The notes under the pieces are model-generated. The model worked only from the letters and a program-made list of their open reading frames with translations. It was not told the DNA's origin and did not search any database. Positions 12,901-25,424 of a stretch of 64,000 nucleotides of DNA are shown here, piece by piece (within the stretch, counting starts at the first letter, position 1; the number at the start of each line of letters is the position of its first letter). The position numbers and the translations under genes were made by a program. The stretch lies in assembly GCF_036365525.1 (NCBI RefSeq), contig NC_090403.1:51399095-51463094 (forward strand). Reading direction: 5' to 3'. This DNA is from Heterodontus francisci (taxonomy: Eukaryota).

Positions 12901-13869
12901 TTGTGAACACAGTGTTTTTCTAATCAGTTCTTAAGTTTGCTATTTTAACAGTTTAACCAATTTAACACGAGGGCAATTTTTTTTAATATCGTACCTCAGC
13001 AGAACAAAATTCAATTCAGTATAATGCATTTTGAAATTTTATACTAAGCCCAACCAAAGAGTTTGGATTGGGATTGGACCCTTTAGGGATGGGTTTTAGC
13101 TAAGGTCCAATAATAAATATTCTAATGCTGGAGCTGGGAATGCGATTGGAATGTTGTCTCTGGAATGCACCAAGTTGTGGAGTGGAGAGGTGGCAAAAGA
13201 TAAATATTCCTAAATTTTGCTTAATTATCTTTGAACATCAAAGAGATCCAATTCAGAACTTTCAATCAGGAGATGAAATAAACAGGGTAGAGTATATTGT
13301 ATCTCTGGAATGAGTGGACTACAAAACAACTCATTAGTGCTTTCCAAATGTATAAACATTGTTAGTCAATTTGTTAATGTCTTTCTAAAAGGGCATACTG
13401 TGCAACAGTAACAGTGGGGCATAAGCTTGCCTTTAGAGTTTATGATCGGTGCTATACTGGTATGTGGAAGATGCCATGTGGAGGCCAGGAATCTCCTCTT
13501 CCCTCCTCTCTCCCACCACAGGCATGGAGGTGGAAAGACAGTCAGCAGTATCAGCCACAACAGTGGTCTGTCAAATAGTGGCAGAGATGAAGACTGAGGC
13601 TACAAAGCTGCCCTCTCAAACCCATGGTTTGGTGAGATCAGGAAAGGAAGGAGAGATATTTCTGAGTGGGCAGGCACCATTCTAGAAATAAAATTCCTTC
13701 ATAACATTTTGTAACTTAATCCACTTTAGTATATTCAACAGCTACAACTTGAATTTATATAGTGCCTTTAATAGAGTAAAATGTCCCAAGGCACTTCATG
13801 GGAGTGTTACCCAACAAAATTTGACACCGAACCACTTGAAATATTAGGACTGGTGACCAAAAGCCTGGG

Positions 13870-14260
13870 CATCCTGTTCAGTGATGGAGTCTACCACCTT
13901 CATTAGCTTTATGTCATCTGTAAATTTAGCCCTCGTGTTTGTGAGTCCTAGCTCCAGTTCATTTGTGGCGATATTGAACAAAAAAGGAGGTCCCAAAAAC
14001 AGCCCCCTGTGGGACCCCACCGCTAATATTTTCCCAAGCTGGTGGTGATCCCTGCACCACCACCCTCTGGGTTCTGTTGGTCAATTAATTAAGTATCCAT
14101 TGTAAAATATTTCCACTGATTCCTGCTTTATTTTAAGTACCAACGTTTCCTGAAAGGCCTTGCTGAAATCCAAGTACACCAGATCCACTGCTGTAACCCT
14201 ATCAAGCTTCTTTGTCAAACCTTCACAGAAAAACAGTAAATTATTTTGACAAGACCTTCC
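13870..14260 (-). mobile_element. Old CR1 RT fragment
   Basis: Minus strand encodes VYLDFSKAF and a degenerate KFxDDIKL. Confidence 0.6.
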
Positions 14261-15194
14261 CTTCAGGAACCCACATTGACTTCATCCATGATCTTATTTC
14301 TATCCAGTTGCTCAATTATCTTCTGTTTGACAAGGGTTTCCATAAACTTGACCTGCAATGGACCTTGAGGAGCAAGGTTATTCCTAATATAAACCACCAA
14401 ACATCAAAAAAAGAACTTTCCATCAACCAACGTGTATTGTATTATATCTTTAATTATTGTCAAGTAAACACATTCATTACATTAACAAAGTTACCTTGAG
14501 ATTTATGGAACTTGGCTCAAGTGGGCCAAACTCATTTCACATCAAATGTTTTTCATACTATAAAACATCTTACAGAAAAATAAATTAAATTGCATGAAAG
14601 ACAAACAGAATACTCTGTCGTATCAGTAGTGTCCAGTTTCAGAGCTTCTAGGAAATGTAAGTGGCAGTGAAAGCCAGTACCCAAGTGACTGAGCAAGTTT
14701 ATCCATTGAGTAATATGGGCAATGGTCTGATATTTTTTATCCTGTCTCTTCTGGCTTCCCCTCTGCCCTTCCCTTTACTCCTTTACTCTTCCCTCCATTT
14801 TCATATATTTTACTGCTGGATTATTATTCTTGTACAGACTGTAAAATGTATTATTTTGTACAACTTTATTGAAAATAACTTCTAGAAGATCTTTGTGCCT
14901 TGATTATGGCTGTACCTGTAAAATGAGCTAAGATGTACAGCTTTGTCAGCCCTATCTGCAGCACTAGCTCAAGGTAGGGAATTTATCTGTAGTTTCACCT
15001 CTAGTTGTGATGAGTTGATGATTTCAGCCTCGATTATGGGGTGGCTACCTAATGGCCTCACAGCCCCAGTATTCAGAGGGAAAAATCAGCCACAATTCTT
15101 GCTCATGATCCCTCCTGCTGAAATTGTATATTTAGATGTTCCTACAGCAAAACATCCCTCTTTGAGAAGGGACCATACAAATAACAAGGAATAA

Positions 15195-15625
15195 AAATTG
15201 TATTTATATTGCGCTGTTCATGAAGCCACAATGCCCCTATGCTTTTTATGACTAAGTCACTGTTACAGTGCAGGAAGTGCAGAAGCCAATTTGCACACAG
15301 CAAGGTCCCAGAAACAGCAATGTATTAATGACCAATCTGTTTTTGGTGATGTTGGTTGAGGGATTAAATATTGGCCGGGACACCAGGGAGAATTCCCCTG
15401 CTTTTCTTCAAAATAGTCCCATCGGATCTTTTAAGTTCACCTGAGAAGGCTGAAGAGGCCTCAGTTTAACGTCTCCGCTGAAAGACAGTCCCTCTGACCG
15501 TGCAGCACTCCTTCAGTACTGCACTGGGAGTCTCAGCCTGGATTTTGTGCTCAAGTCTTTAGATTGGGGTTTGAATTCACAACCTTCTGACTTGAGGTGC
15601 TACCCACTCAACAGCAACTGACACG
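15195..15625 (-). mobile_element. Deu-domain SINE
   Basis: Reverse complement of the same head, core and tail as 4744-5190. Confidence 0.82.
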
Positions 15626-17199
15626 CCACAACATAACCTACAAAGGCAGATTTTTAAAAATATATTATTTTTAAAGCCAGCCTGTTACAAGAAAGGCTGG
15701 ACAAGAAAGACTATTCAGCCCATCTTAACTCATTGAGCCAGAAAGAACCCACAATCATCCCCTTCATTGCAACCAGCTGCTTCTTAAACATGCCCTTTCG
15801 TTTCACTGCCAAAAGATGAGGTTCATTGCGTGCATTATGTGAGTGAGCTGAACTTCACGCAAGCATTAAAGAACATGAACAGACAGCTCCACTTTACTAG
15901 GGAATATAGTACCATGAGTTTGGCACACAGTATAAAGCAGCAAGAGTGCCAATTTCCTGCAGCATGAATGTGCTGTATATTACAATGTCTTACAACCTCA
16001 GCTGTTCAATCCCAATTTGACCATTGATCATGATGCCGCAAAAAGCATAATTGCAATTTAAAACTGTTTTATGGTATTTTACAGTGTAGTGAATCATCTC
16101 CACACTAAAGACAAGAGAATAGCTAATCAAACTGGCAAATATTTGTGTTTGCTACTACACTTCAAAAGGTACTTCATTGACTATAAAGCAAAATGTGTTA
16201 ATGCCATTGAAGTGCTTCTGAAGTGTAGTCTCTGTTGCAGTGTTTTCCTACGTTGCAACAGTAACTACACTTCAAAAGTACTTCATTGGCTGTAAAGTGC
16301 TTTGGGATTTCCTAAGGTTGTGAAAGGCACTATATAAATGCAAGTTCCTTCTTCCTAGTATCAACTATTTAGGGGACAATGACTAGAAAATCAGTGTGTT
16401 AGGGATTTTCTTATTCTGAGTACACATTTAAGAGGATCATTAATCTGAAGTAACGTTAATAAACGTGTTGGATCACTCAGGCAGGAATTTAACATGAACA
16501 TCTTAACCGCAGCACTAAAAATAGCGTGAAGCGTTAATTAATGCCCCCACTGCTCTTTATGACACACGAGAAGCACCAGCAATTTTGTAAATATTTTTGT
16601 TTGAAAAAAAATCTGTTTTAAGTAGGATTTAAAAATGGGTTGGGTGCAGGCAGAGGTTACTGAAATATTAAAGATGGTTCTTTCAAGGATTAAGCTGTCA
16701 ACAGTGGTAACTTTGGCCACCCACTATCTGCATCGGTTACTGCATAGTTGGAACAGTGCACCCCTTGCTGAGGGAAATCCTCTGGAAAAATATATAATGA
16801 TTTATTGTATCACTTACATTTTTTAAATAGCTGTCTTAAACAAAGGCACTGTATCATCTTGCAGGGAGATAATCCTGACAGGCGGATGTTACATGTTACC
16901 AGTTTAAGGGTATCCAGTGTAATGATGGCTAAGGGGTTTATGCGTCTCCAAACGGATTGTAAAATTGTGCAAAAAGCTTGCCTGATCACGATCCTGCCTG
17001 GCAAGTCAGGTTAAAATTGGGGCTTTAGACTTTGTAATTCTTCCAGTATGTACTAGTAGCTGTAGATTTTTTTTCTACCGACTCACGTACACAAAGCAAT
17101 TACTTGGAGATGGGTTCAAGTGGAGTTAGAGGCATTGGAGGACGGGGCTGAGCAAAGTTGCTCCAGAAAATGTATCATTTGCACCCTCTCCCACATGTA

Positions 17200-17374
17200 G
17201 GCCCTGAAATTAAACAGGATTGGAACGTTTTCCCAGTCTCCTGTCATAACGACTGCTGGAGACCAGCGGAATCCCTGGAGAAATGGTCACAGAAAAATGA
17301 CGCAAACTTCTGAAAGTGAATGTTATCTGGGGTTCCGCCAACACCCAGTGGGGTGCTGGGAAAATTTCAGTGCC
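17200..17374. mobile_element. Small MITE-like element
   Basis: TIRs GGCCCTGAAATT / AATTTCAGTGCC (11/12 match). Confidence 0.45.
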
Positions 17375-17691
17375 ACAGTCTTGTTAAAACTCCTTTGGGT
17401 TGGGATTATCTTTCCCAGGGACCTCTGATCAGCACCCTTAGACTTCACTCAAATTTTCCCCAAAAAATCCCACATAAGTTGCAACCTTTCTGAAAGAATC
17501 GAAGCCGCTTTCAATTGACTCCATTACACATTTGTGCAATTCAATACTGCTGGATGGAATTCCAATGCAACTTAACACAAGACAGAGCTTCCATGTTCTT
17601 TTCATATATTTACAAGTTTGTAACTAAACTAGAAATGAGCATTAACACATAGCAATGAAAATCTTATGGAGGGGTTGGCTTCATGGTAATT

Positions 17692-17860
17692 TTTATTGAA
17701 AATCATTTCAATCTTTTTCTGGATTTTTTTCACCTTCACCAGGAATCCCCAAACTACTGTTCAGTTTAACTCAATTTTAATAATCTCACACAAGCCAGAA
17801 ATTCCTGACTCCACGCTGCTTTAAAAAAAAAACTTGCATCAGGTGAACAAAGAATTTATT
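17692..17860 (-). terminator. Candidate CISD3 polyadenylation signals
   Basis: Minus-strand AATAAA at 17860-17855 and 17697-17692, downstream of the stop at 17908. Confidence 0.45.
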
Positions 17861-17907
17861 TTTTGTAGTGTGCTTAACTTGCTTGCACGGCACCTTCTAA
17901 TGGGGCA

Positions 17908-18096
17908 CTATTCCAAAGGAGGGCTTGTATGGAGAGCTGCCTGTTGGACCCAGCCCTCTTTGTGAGTGCCATCGCAGTACGGAGGGTGCTTGGTTTGTTT
18001 GCAGCCACACAGCCAGACCGTCTTTGCTTCTTCCAGTTTGAACCTCAGTGGAGTGGGAGCCGAAGGGACAGACTTGTGGCTTCCATCACAGAATGG
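17908..18096 (-). CDS. CISD3: CISD3 last coding exon (PFCDGSHK...WLCGCKQTKHPPYCDGTH...PPLE*)
   Basis: Completes CDGSH motif 1 (PFCDGSH) and holds all of motif 2 (CGCKQTKHPPYCDGTH). Preceded on the minus strand by a pyrimidine tract and acceptor ctttcctctcatcag. 189 nt including the TAG stop, phase 0. Confidence 0.96.
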   Translation of the reverse strand, partial: PFCDGSHKSVPSAPTPLRFKLEEAKTVWLCGCKQTKHPPYCDGTHKEGWVQQAALHTSPPLE

Positions 18097-19574
18097 CTGA
18101 TGAGAGGAAAGAGAAAGGCACATCGTTAGAGAAAAAAAAAGACATAGTATCACAATACACGCTGGCCTGGAGTCCTAATCTGAACCTAACATAAGAAATA
18201 AGAGCAGGATGACATGCAAATTCTTGAAGCATTCCTTATTATTTTAGGATGTATGATAGCTTAGTAGCTATCTTACTGGACTAGTAATCAAGTGGTCTGG
18301 AGTTGTGATCTGGAGACATGAGCTCAAATCCCACCATGGTAGCTGGGACATTTTAAATTTAATGAATTACATAAATCTGGAATTAAATAAAAAAAGCTAG
18401 TATCAGTAATGGTGACCATGAAACTTCCAGATTGTCCTAAAAACATAACTGGTTCACTAATACCCTCTAGGGAAGGAAATCTGCCACATGGCCCTTCGAG
18501 CCTGCTCCACCATTCAGTAAGATCATGGCCGATCTTCTACCTCAACTCCCCTATCCTACCCTATGCCCACATGCCTGGGGATGAAAACAAAATCAGACTC
18601 CGCTGTAATGCTTTTCACACTTGAATAGCCTGCTGAAACTATGGTCACGAGTGCACTGTAAGGCACAGGCACGCAGCACACCTGTAGAACTATACTGCAG
18701 GAAAGGGTCAATGGCTCCAGGGGAATGGGGGGGGGGGGGGAGAAAACGTGTGGGGGGATAAAAGGAAGATAGAGAGAAAAAAAAACAAGTATACAACTTT
18801 GCAAAGATGCTTGGAGCAGTCTCAGTATGTCACTTGTCGTAGATTAAAGCTAATACTCGTCTGATTTAGGTTACTATTTTACTTTGAGGACATTAATCAA
18901 GTTGCCACTGATAGTTCTCCCATCAGTATTCAATCTTCATCACAAATCGACTGAAGCAGATAAGGGCGAGGGATGGTAACTCATTTCTAAATCAGTTATT
19001 ATTCTCAACTTTGCTGCCAAAATCTGTTTGGTTATGAGACATTCACCCCTGCTTAAAAATCATAAAGAAAGCTGAACTTTCACTTTCCTTCTCTACTTAT
19101 TGCACTCATCCTTATGCAGGGTTATGTTGATCTTTGAACAGATAATGGAAAAGCTTTAGTTGGGCCCTTAAGGCTACAACATATTTTTTGCTCTAAAAAA
19201 AAATCCCTCATTTGTTCATGTCAGGCGAGGGCAATGTCATAAATTCAAAGTTAATCTGATCTGCGTCGCATTCCTACTCAGAAGTGGGACTGTCAAAAAA
19301 TAGATTAAAAAGTGTGAAAAGAAAAATGATCTCTATCACGACCGGTTGCTCATGTGCTTCTGCAGTATGACTCCCAATGGCAAGTTTCAATGACCTGGGT
19401 TGGCTGATAATGAGCACATATTCAAGTTGATTGACCTTTGCCAGGTTTTGGTTGAGATGTTGGTGGCTCATTTTTCTGATGGAGAAACGGACTTTGTCCA
19501 ACTCTCTATTTCTATAAAATCATTGTCCAAATTACTTAACACTTTCATAAATGAACCCTTCAGTTCTATACCAC

Positions 19575-20005
19575 CTGGGAAGAGGCGATTGTCCTATGAG
19601 AAAGGATTGAGTTGACTGGGCCTGTGATCTCTGGAGTTTGGAAGGGTGGAAGGGGGGATCTCATTGAAATTTAGAAATGTTTGGGAGGGCTTAGAGGAAC
19701 CAATGTGGGGGAGGGGGGATATTTCCCATGGCTGGGAGTTCTGGAGCTTGGGAGCATGATCTTGGGGTGGTGGTTCTTTATTTGATGGGGTTGGGAGGGG
19801 GTCGGTTGTAGATCTTTGCAGTTTTCTGTGGATGCCCGGTTATTGAGTGTATTCAGAGCAGAGATCGGTGGATTTTCAGGTACTGGGGGAGGGTTGTTGA
19901 GGGATATGGGGGTGGAGTTGAGGTGGAAAATCAGTCATGATCATATTTAATGGCGGAGCAGGCTCAATGGGCCGAATGACCTACTCTGCTCCTATTTCTT
20001 ATGTT
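19575..20005 (+). mobile_element. CR1 3' fragment with A-to-G hypermutation
   Basis: Aligns to other CR1 3' ends in the window; tail is normal, body is G-rich through A>G changes. Confidence 0.85.
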
Positions 20006-20384
20006 CTACATTCATCAAATCTCTAAATTGTCTTAAAAGTGTTTCATGTACAATGAATTCCCTTTGCATTGTAGTGACTGTTGCTGTGCAGGGAAATATG
20101 GCAGCCATTTTGTGGACAGTAAGAACTCTCAAACACTGATGAGATAAATGTGTAGTTCATCTGTTTTTCATGGTGCTTGTTGAGGAAGGAATTGTGCCAG
20201 GACGCTGGAAGAATTTTCTGCTGTTCTTCACACAGTGGCAATGTATTTTTAACATCCACTTGAACCAGCAGAACAAGCATATGGGGCTTAAGGTTAAGGT
20301 ATCATCTAAAGCAATAGAATATGATGTCAAATTTCCAGTCTGGGGCTTGAATTTGTAAGCCTTCAGAGTACAGGTATTATTAAC

Positions 20385-20960
20385 AACAACATGCATTTAT
20401 ATAGCCCCTTTAATGTAGTAAAATGCCTCAGGGTGCTTCACAGAAGCATTATCAAACAAAAACTTGACACTGAGCCACATAAGGAGATATTAGGACAGAT
20501 GACCAAAAGCTTGGTCAAACAGGTAGGTTTCAAGAAGCGTATTAAATGAAGAGAGAGAAAGGTGGAGAGGTTTAAGGAGGAATTCCAAAGTTTAGGGCCT
20601 AAGCAGCTCAAAGCACAGCTGCTAATGGTGGAGCGATTGAAATAGGGGATGTGTAAGAGGCATGAACTGAACAAGTGCAGAGATCTTGTAGGATTCCATT
20701 AGAGATAGGGAGGAGCAAAGCCATGAAGGGATCTGAAAACAAGATGAGAATTTTAAAATTGAGGTGTCCCTGAACTGGGAGGCAATGTGGGTTAGTCATC
20801 GTGGCGATGGATGAACGGGATTTGGTGTGAGTTAGGATATGGGCAGCAGAGTTTTGGATGAGCTCAAGTTTATGGAGGGTGGAAGATGGGAGGCTGGTCA
20901 GGAGGATGTTGGAACAGTCGAGTCATGTCAAGTCTCGAGGTAACAAAGCCATGGATGAGG
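20385..20960 (-). mobile_element. L2 LINE 3' fragment
   Basis: HCLPVQGHLNFKILIL and GPKLWNS resemble the L2 ORF2 C-terminus (HWLPV..I.FKILL; P.LWN.L); tail ctatataaatgcatgttgttgt. A related copy lies at about 35240-35610. Confidence 0.8.
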
Positions 20961-21114
20961 GTTTCAGCAACTAAGTCAAACTAGTGCAGTAATATAAATG
21001 TCAAACACTGGATTTTTCTTAAGGTAAGGACTAAAATTGGGATGGAATAAATTGGAGCTCATGTTTTACAGTCATCATTTTACATTCATTCATCCCATCA
21101 GTTGATTAGTTTAT

Positions 21115-21630
21115 TTGTTTAATGTGTTGTAGGCATCGCTGGCAAGGCCAGCATTTATTGCCCATCCCTAATTGCCCTTGAGAAGATGGTGCTGAGCTGC
21201 CTTCTTGAACCGCTGCCATCCATCTGGTGCAGGTATACCCATAGTCCTGTTAGGGAGGGAGTTCCAGGATTTTGATCCAGCGACCGTGAAGGAACGGCGA
21301 CATATTTCCAAGTCAGGATGGTGTGTAGCTTGGAGGGGAACTCGCAGATGGTGGTGTTCCTACACGTCTGCTGCCCTTGTCCTTCTAGGTGGAAGAGGTC
21401 GTGGGTTTGGAAGGTCCTGTCAAAGGAGGCGTGATGAGTTGCTCCAGTGCATCTTGTATATGGTATGCACTGCTGCCACTGTGCGTCAGCGGTGGAGGGA
21501 GTGAATGTTTAAGGTGGTGGATGGGTTGCTGATCAAGCAGGTTGCTTTGTCCTGGATGTTGTCAGGCTTCGTGATTGTTGTTGGAGCCACTCTCATCCAG
21601 GCATCCGGAGAGTATTTCATCTCACTCCTT
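21115..21630 (-). mobile_element. 3' fragment of the CR1/L2-group LINE also at 52430-54097
   Basis: DNIQDKATCLI..STTLNIHSLHR matches the 52638-53126 ORF; shared tail gggcaataaatgctggcc. Confidence 0.82.
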
Positions 21631-22602
21631 CCGAAACCAGCAAATTTCTCGCCCCCAAAATAGTGCCAATCACATGAATTCCAATGACAGCAGCATTTTA
21701 CACCGTTCCCTCTCATGGCAATATTTTGTACCAATGACCTCCCAGAGATAAATATGTACACTGAGGCACACTCACAACGAAGATGAACTTTTATATAGCG
21801 TTGCATTTATATAATGCCATTCACAACCTCTGTACATTCCAAAGCACTTTACAGCCAATGAAGTACTTTGCAATGTAGTGACTGATGTAATGTAGAAAAC
21901 ACAATTTGCATACAGCAAGCTTCCACAAACAGCAATGTAATAATGACCAGATAATCTGTTTCAGTGGTAATAAAAACAAGAAATGCTGGAAATTACAGCA
22001 GGTCTGGCAGCATCTGTGGAGAGAGAAGTTTGTGGGTTCAAGTCTCACTGCAGAGAATTGAACATGTAGTCTGGGCTGATACTTCCAATACAGTACCAAG
22101 GGAGTGCTGCACTGTTGGAGGGGCCATCTGTCCTCTCAAGTGGATTTAAAAAATCATTGGCATTATTTCAAAAGGGGATAGGGAAGTTCTCCCCAATGTC
22201 CTGATCTATCTTTTTGCCTCAACCAATATCACTGAAACAGATTAATAAAAACAAAATATTGCAGATGCTGGAAATACGAAATAAAAACAAGAAATGCTGG
22301 AAATATTCAGGTCTGGCAGCATTTCCAGCATTTCTTGTTTTTATTTTGGATTTCCATCTTTCATCTCTAGAATCAAAGCTCAAATCCAGCCACACTGATT
22401 GGATGAAACTTCTTTTTGTCTGTGAAGGCCCCTATGTGGAATGAGTTTGGTCAGTGTCAGCTGTCTTCTAAAAGGGCCCACATCACACAATTCCATAACT
22501 GAGCATTAAGTGGGCAATCTCACTCAAGCCATTGGATGCCTGTTGTAGGAAGTGGAAAAATGTCAGTGGTACAGGTGGTGAATGAAAGAAATAAGACTTG
22601 CA

Positions 22603-22821
22603 ATAAAAACAAGAAATGCTGGAATCACTCAGCAGGTCTGGCAGCATCTGTGGAAAGCGAAGCAGAGTTAACGTTTCGGGTCAGTGACCCTTCATTCGGT
22701 CACTGACCCGAAACGTTAACTCTGCTTCTCTTTCCAAAGATGCTGCCAGATCTGCTGAGTGATTCCAGCATTTCTTGTTTTTATTTCAGATTTCCAGCAT
22801 CCGCAGTACTTTGCTTTTATT
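22603..22821. mobile_element. Penelope-type inverted-terminus (hairpin) insertion
   Basis: 88-bp arms 22602-22689 / 22698-22785 with 3 mismatches; 14-bp TSD aaataagacttgca at 22589-22602 and 22822-22835. Family assignment is inferred. Confidence 0.75.
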
Positions 22822-22835
22822 AAATAAGACTTGCA

Positions 22836-23270
22836 TTTCTGTAGCACCTTTCACAACCTCAATGTCTCAAAACACTTTACAGCTAATGAAGTACTTTTGA
22901 AGTGTAGTCACTGTTGTAATGTAGGAAACGCAGCAGTTAATTTGCACACAGCAAGCTCCCAACATGATAGTGACCAGATAATCTGTTTCTGTGATGTTGA
23001 TTGAGGGATAAATATTGGCTAGGACACTGGCGAGAACTCCCCTGTTCTTCAAAACAGTGCCATGGGATCTTTTACATCCACCTGAGAGAGCAGATCAAAC
23101 CTCATTTTAATGTCTCATCTGAAAACTGGCACCTCTGACAGTGCAGCATTCCCTCAATGCCACATTGGAGTGTCAGACTAAATTTTTTTAAGTCTCTTGC
23201 GTAGGACTTGAACCCAAAACCTTCTGATTTATACTCAGACAATAGTGCTACCAACTGAGCCATGGCTGAG
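22836..23270 (-). mobile_element. Deu-domain SINE
   Basis: Head, core (gatcccatggcact..cagtgtcctagccaata) and tail on the minus strand. Confidence 0.85.
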
Positions 23271-23567
23271 AAATGCTTTTTCTGAAAAGGAGGTTGAGGC
23301 ACAATGCGAGGGAGCTTTACTCTACATCTTTGGTCAGAAAATGGTTAGAACGTGGAAATTGTAACTGCATGGAATAGTTGAGGCGAAGAGCAGAGATGCA
23401 TTTAAGGGGGAGCTAGATAAGTAAATGAGAAAGAAATAGGTTATGGTGAGATGAAGCAAGGTAAGAGGAACTTCACGTGGAGAATAAACACTGGCATAGA
23501 TCTGTTGGGCTGCACTGTAAAGACTATGTTAATCTAACTGTAATGTATCTGGGAGTACTGACACTAA

Positions 23568-24316
23568 GGGCAGGATCTTTAGCCCCTGCTGGGGACAGGA
23601 ACAGAGGCGGGCAGGCGCAGAATTTTGTGCCGCTGCTCTGTATGTCAGTTCCCCGGCTCCATCCTGCCCAGGCCATTTTCCCAGAGGCAGGATTGTGGGT
23701 GAGGGAGGGGGGTTTGGTTGGTGGGGGAGGGGGGGGGAAGCAATGGCAGGGCTACCTGCCTGGAAGTGGCAGGTAGTCAACAGAACCACTTAAAGGCCTT
23801 TTACTGCCTGTTAACAGGGCCTCCAGGTCCCCACAGGCAACAGGGACAGTTTGGCTGCCTGGAGGCAGCCTCCTGCAGCAGACCAAGGGGCCAGTTCTCC
23901 AGGCACGCTTTGAGGCACCCATTGCCTGACTGGGAGCAGCAGCAGCTGCCACAGTCCACCCTGTAGAGGGGCTCCCTGCATTCCCCACAGTGGTGGCCCA
24001 ACTGCAAAGGCCATTTTTAATTTTAAACGTGAAAGAGTGGGACAGAGGGTGCCGCCATTTTGGGGCACCCTCTCTCTCACTTACCTGTAAGACCATCCTG
24101 CTGCAGCTGCTTCCAAGCTGGAGGGCCTCCTATTGGTCCACCCGCTTCATGAGCGCACCCGCTATCCTTAATTGGATGGCGAGCCTGTCCTCTGGCCACT
24201 AATTGACCAGTTCAGGGAAAATCACAAGTGAGTGACTGTTTCCCACACAATGCAGGCTTCTAACCCCCATTTAAGCCTGATGGTGGGGTTCAGAAGCCAG
24301 CAGGAAAATCCTGCCC
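23568..24316. mobile_element. Non-autonomous PIF/Harbinger-like element
   Basis: TIRs GGGCAGGATCTT / AAAATCCTGCCC flanked by TAA / TAC; GC-rich interior. Confidence 0.65.
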
Positions 24317-25424
24317 TACGTGCCTGAACTGCAAAGTGCTCGATTCCCTATCACTAACCTTCCTGGTATCGATGAGCAGAAAATTCACAAAATCTTCAAA
24401 ACATTGGTAATAATTGTAGCAAGTGCATTTTTCTTGCACCATTTTGAATTTTTCCCAATTGGGTCTTTAGAAGTATTTCCCCCATCTCTCAAGTACAATG
24501 TGATCATGGTCAAGCAAACGACCTAGGCTCATAAAAAGTTCCGGAAATGACCCAGAGCGCAATACGCTGGATGCTGGAAGAAGAAATGGGTTTCCTCGTG
24601 TGCCTCTAGACACTGAAGTGAAGAAGAATGATGCACTTGTGCTAAACTGCACAAGGACTGGGACTACACAGCTGTCCATTTGTGCAGTAGAGGCTGTGAG
24701 TCTAAACTATCATGCTGCCCTTTTTAAAGAGTGTGGTTAATGAGTCATTACATTAAAATACCAAAATGAGTCAAAAAATCTTAATATAGTGTTTCTAGTG
24801 GCAATCCCCTGAACTGATTAATAGCTTAAGGTTTTAAAAAACTTGTTTTACAAGATTTATTTATTGGGGTCATGCTTCCACCAAAAGGAATAAAGTCTTG
24901 GAAGCGTTCTTCTGTACGGATAATGAATATTGAACATAATATTGTGTTGCATTTTGCACAGCATATGCAGGTCAACAGAACCACAAGAGTAGCAGGGATA
25001 GATTTACAGTCATTTTATAATAATATGGCTTCTGCACTTCAAAGGAGCAGTTATCCGTATATTGTGTGGTACAAAAATGTTTTCTTTTCCATTGCCTCTT
25101 CATGGTGACTTGTGTGGAGTGATCCACAGGTGTCTGGAGCCCTCTTGCTACCTTGGCCAAGTGACTATTCATTCATCATGCATTTCTATAGTTAGTGGGG
25201 TTGACCAGGCTATTTGAGTTTTGAAGGCCACTGTAACCAAACCCAATTTTCACCCAACATCCACAAGTAAGCAATTTCTTGTATTGGTCACTGTTGGGCA
25301 ATGAAGAGTGAGGTTCTCGGATTTTTTTTAATCACCCCTCTCTTTCTGGTCCAGAGACACTGAGACCAATTGTAGTGATCCTGCTCTCTTTTCCAACCCT
25401 AGTTAAGGTTACTCAACTTGCATG

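Noticed and set aside
18097-18153. N-terminal MILCLFFSLTMCLSLSSHQ of the 81-aa ORF
   Set aside because: This is the intron pyrimidine tract read in frame; the exon starts at 18096.
23477-24202. Cluster of overlapping ORFs suggesting a gene or CpG island
   Set aside because: GC-rich MITE interior bounded by TIRs; peptides are unrecognisable.
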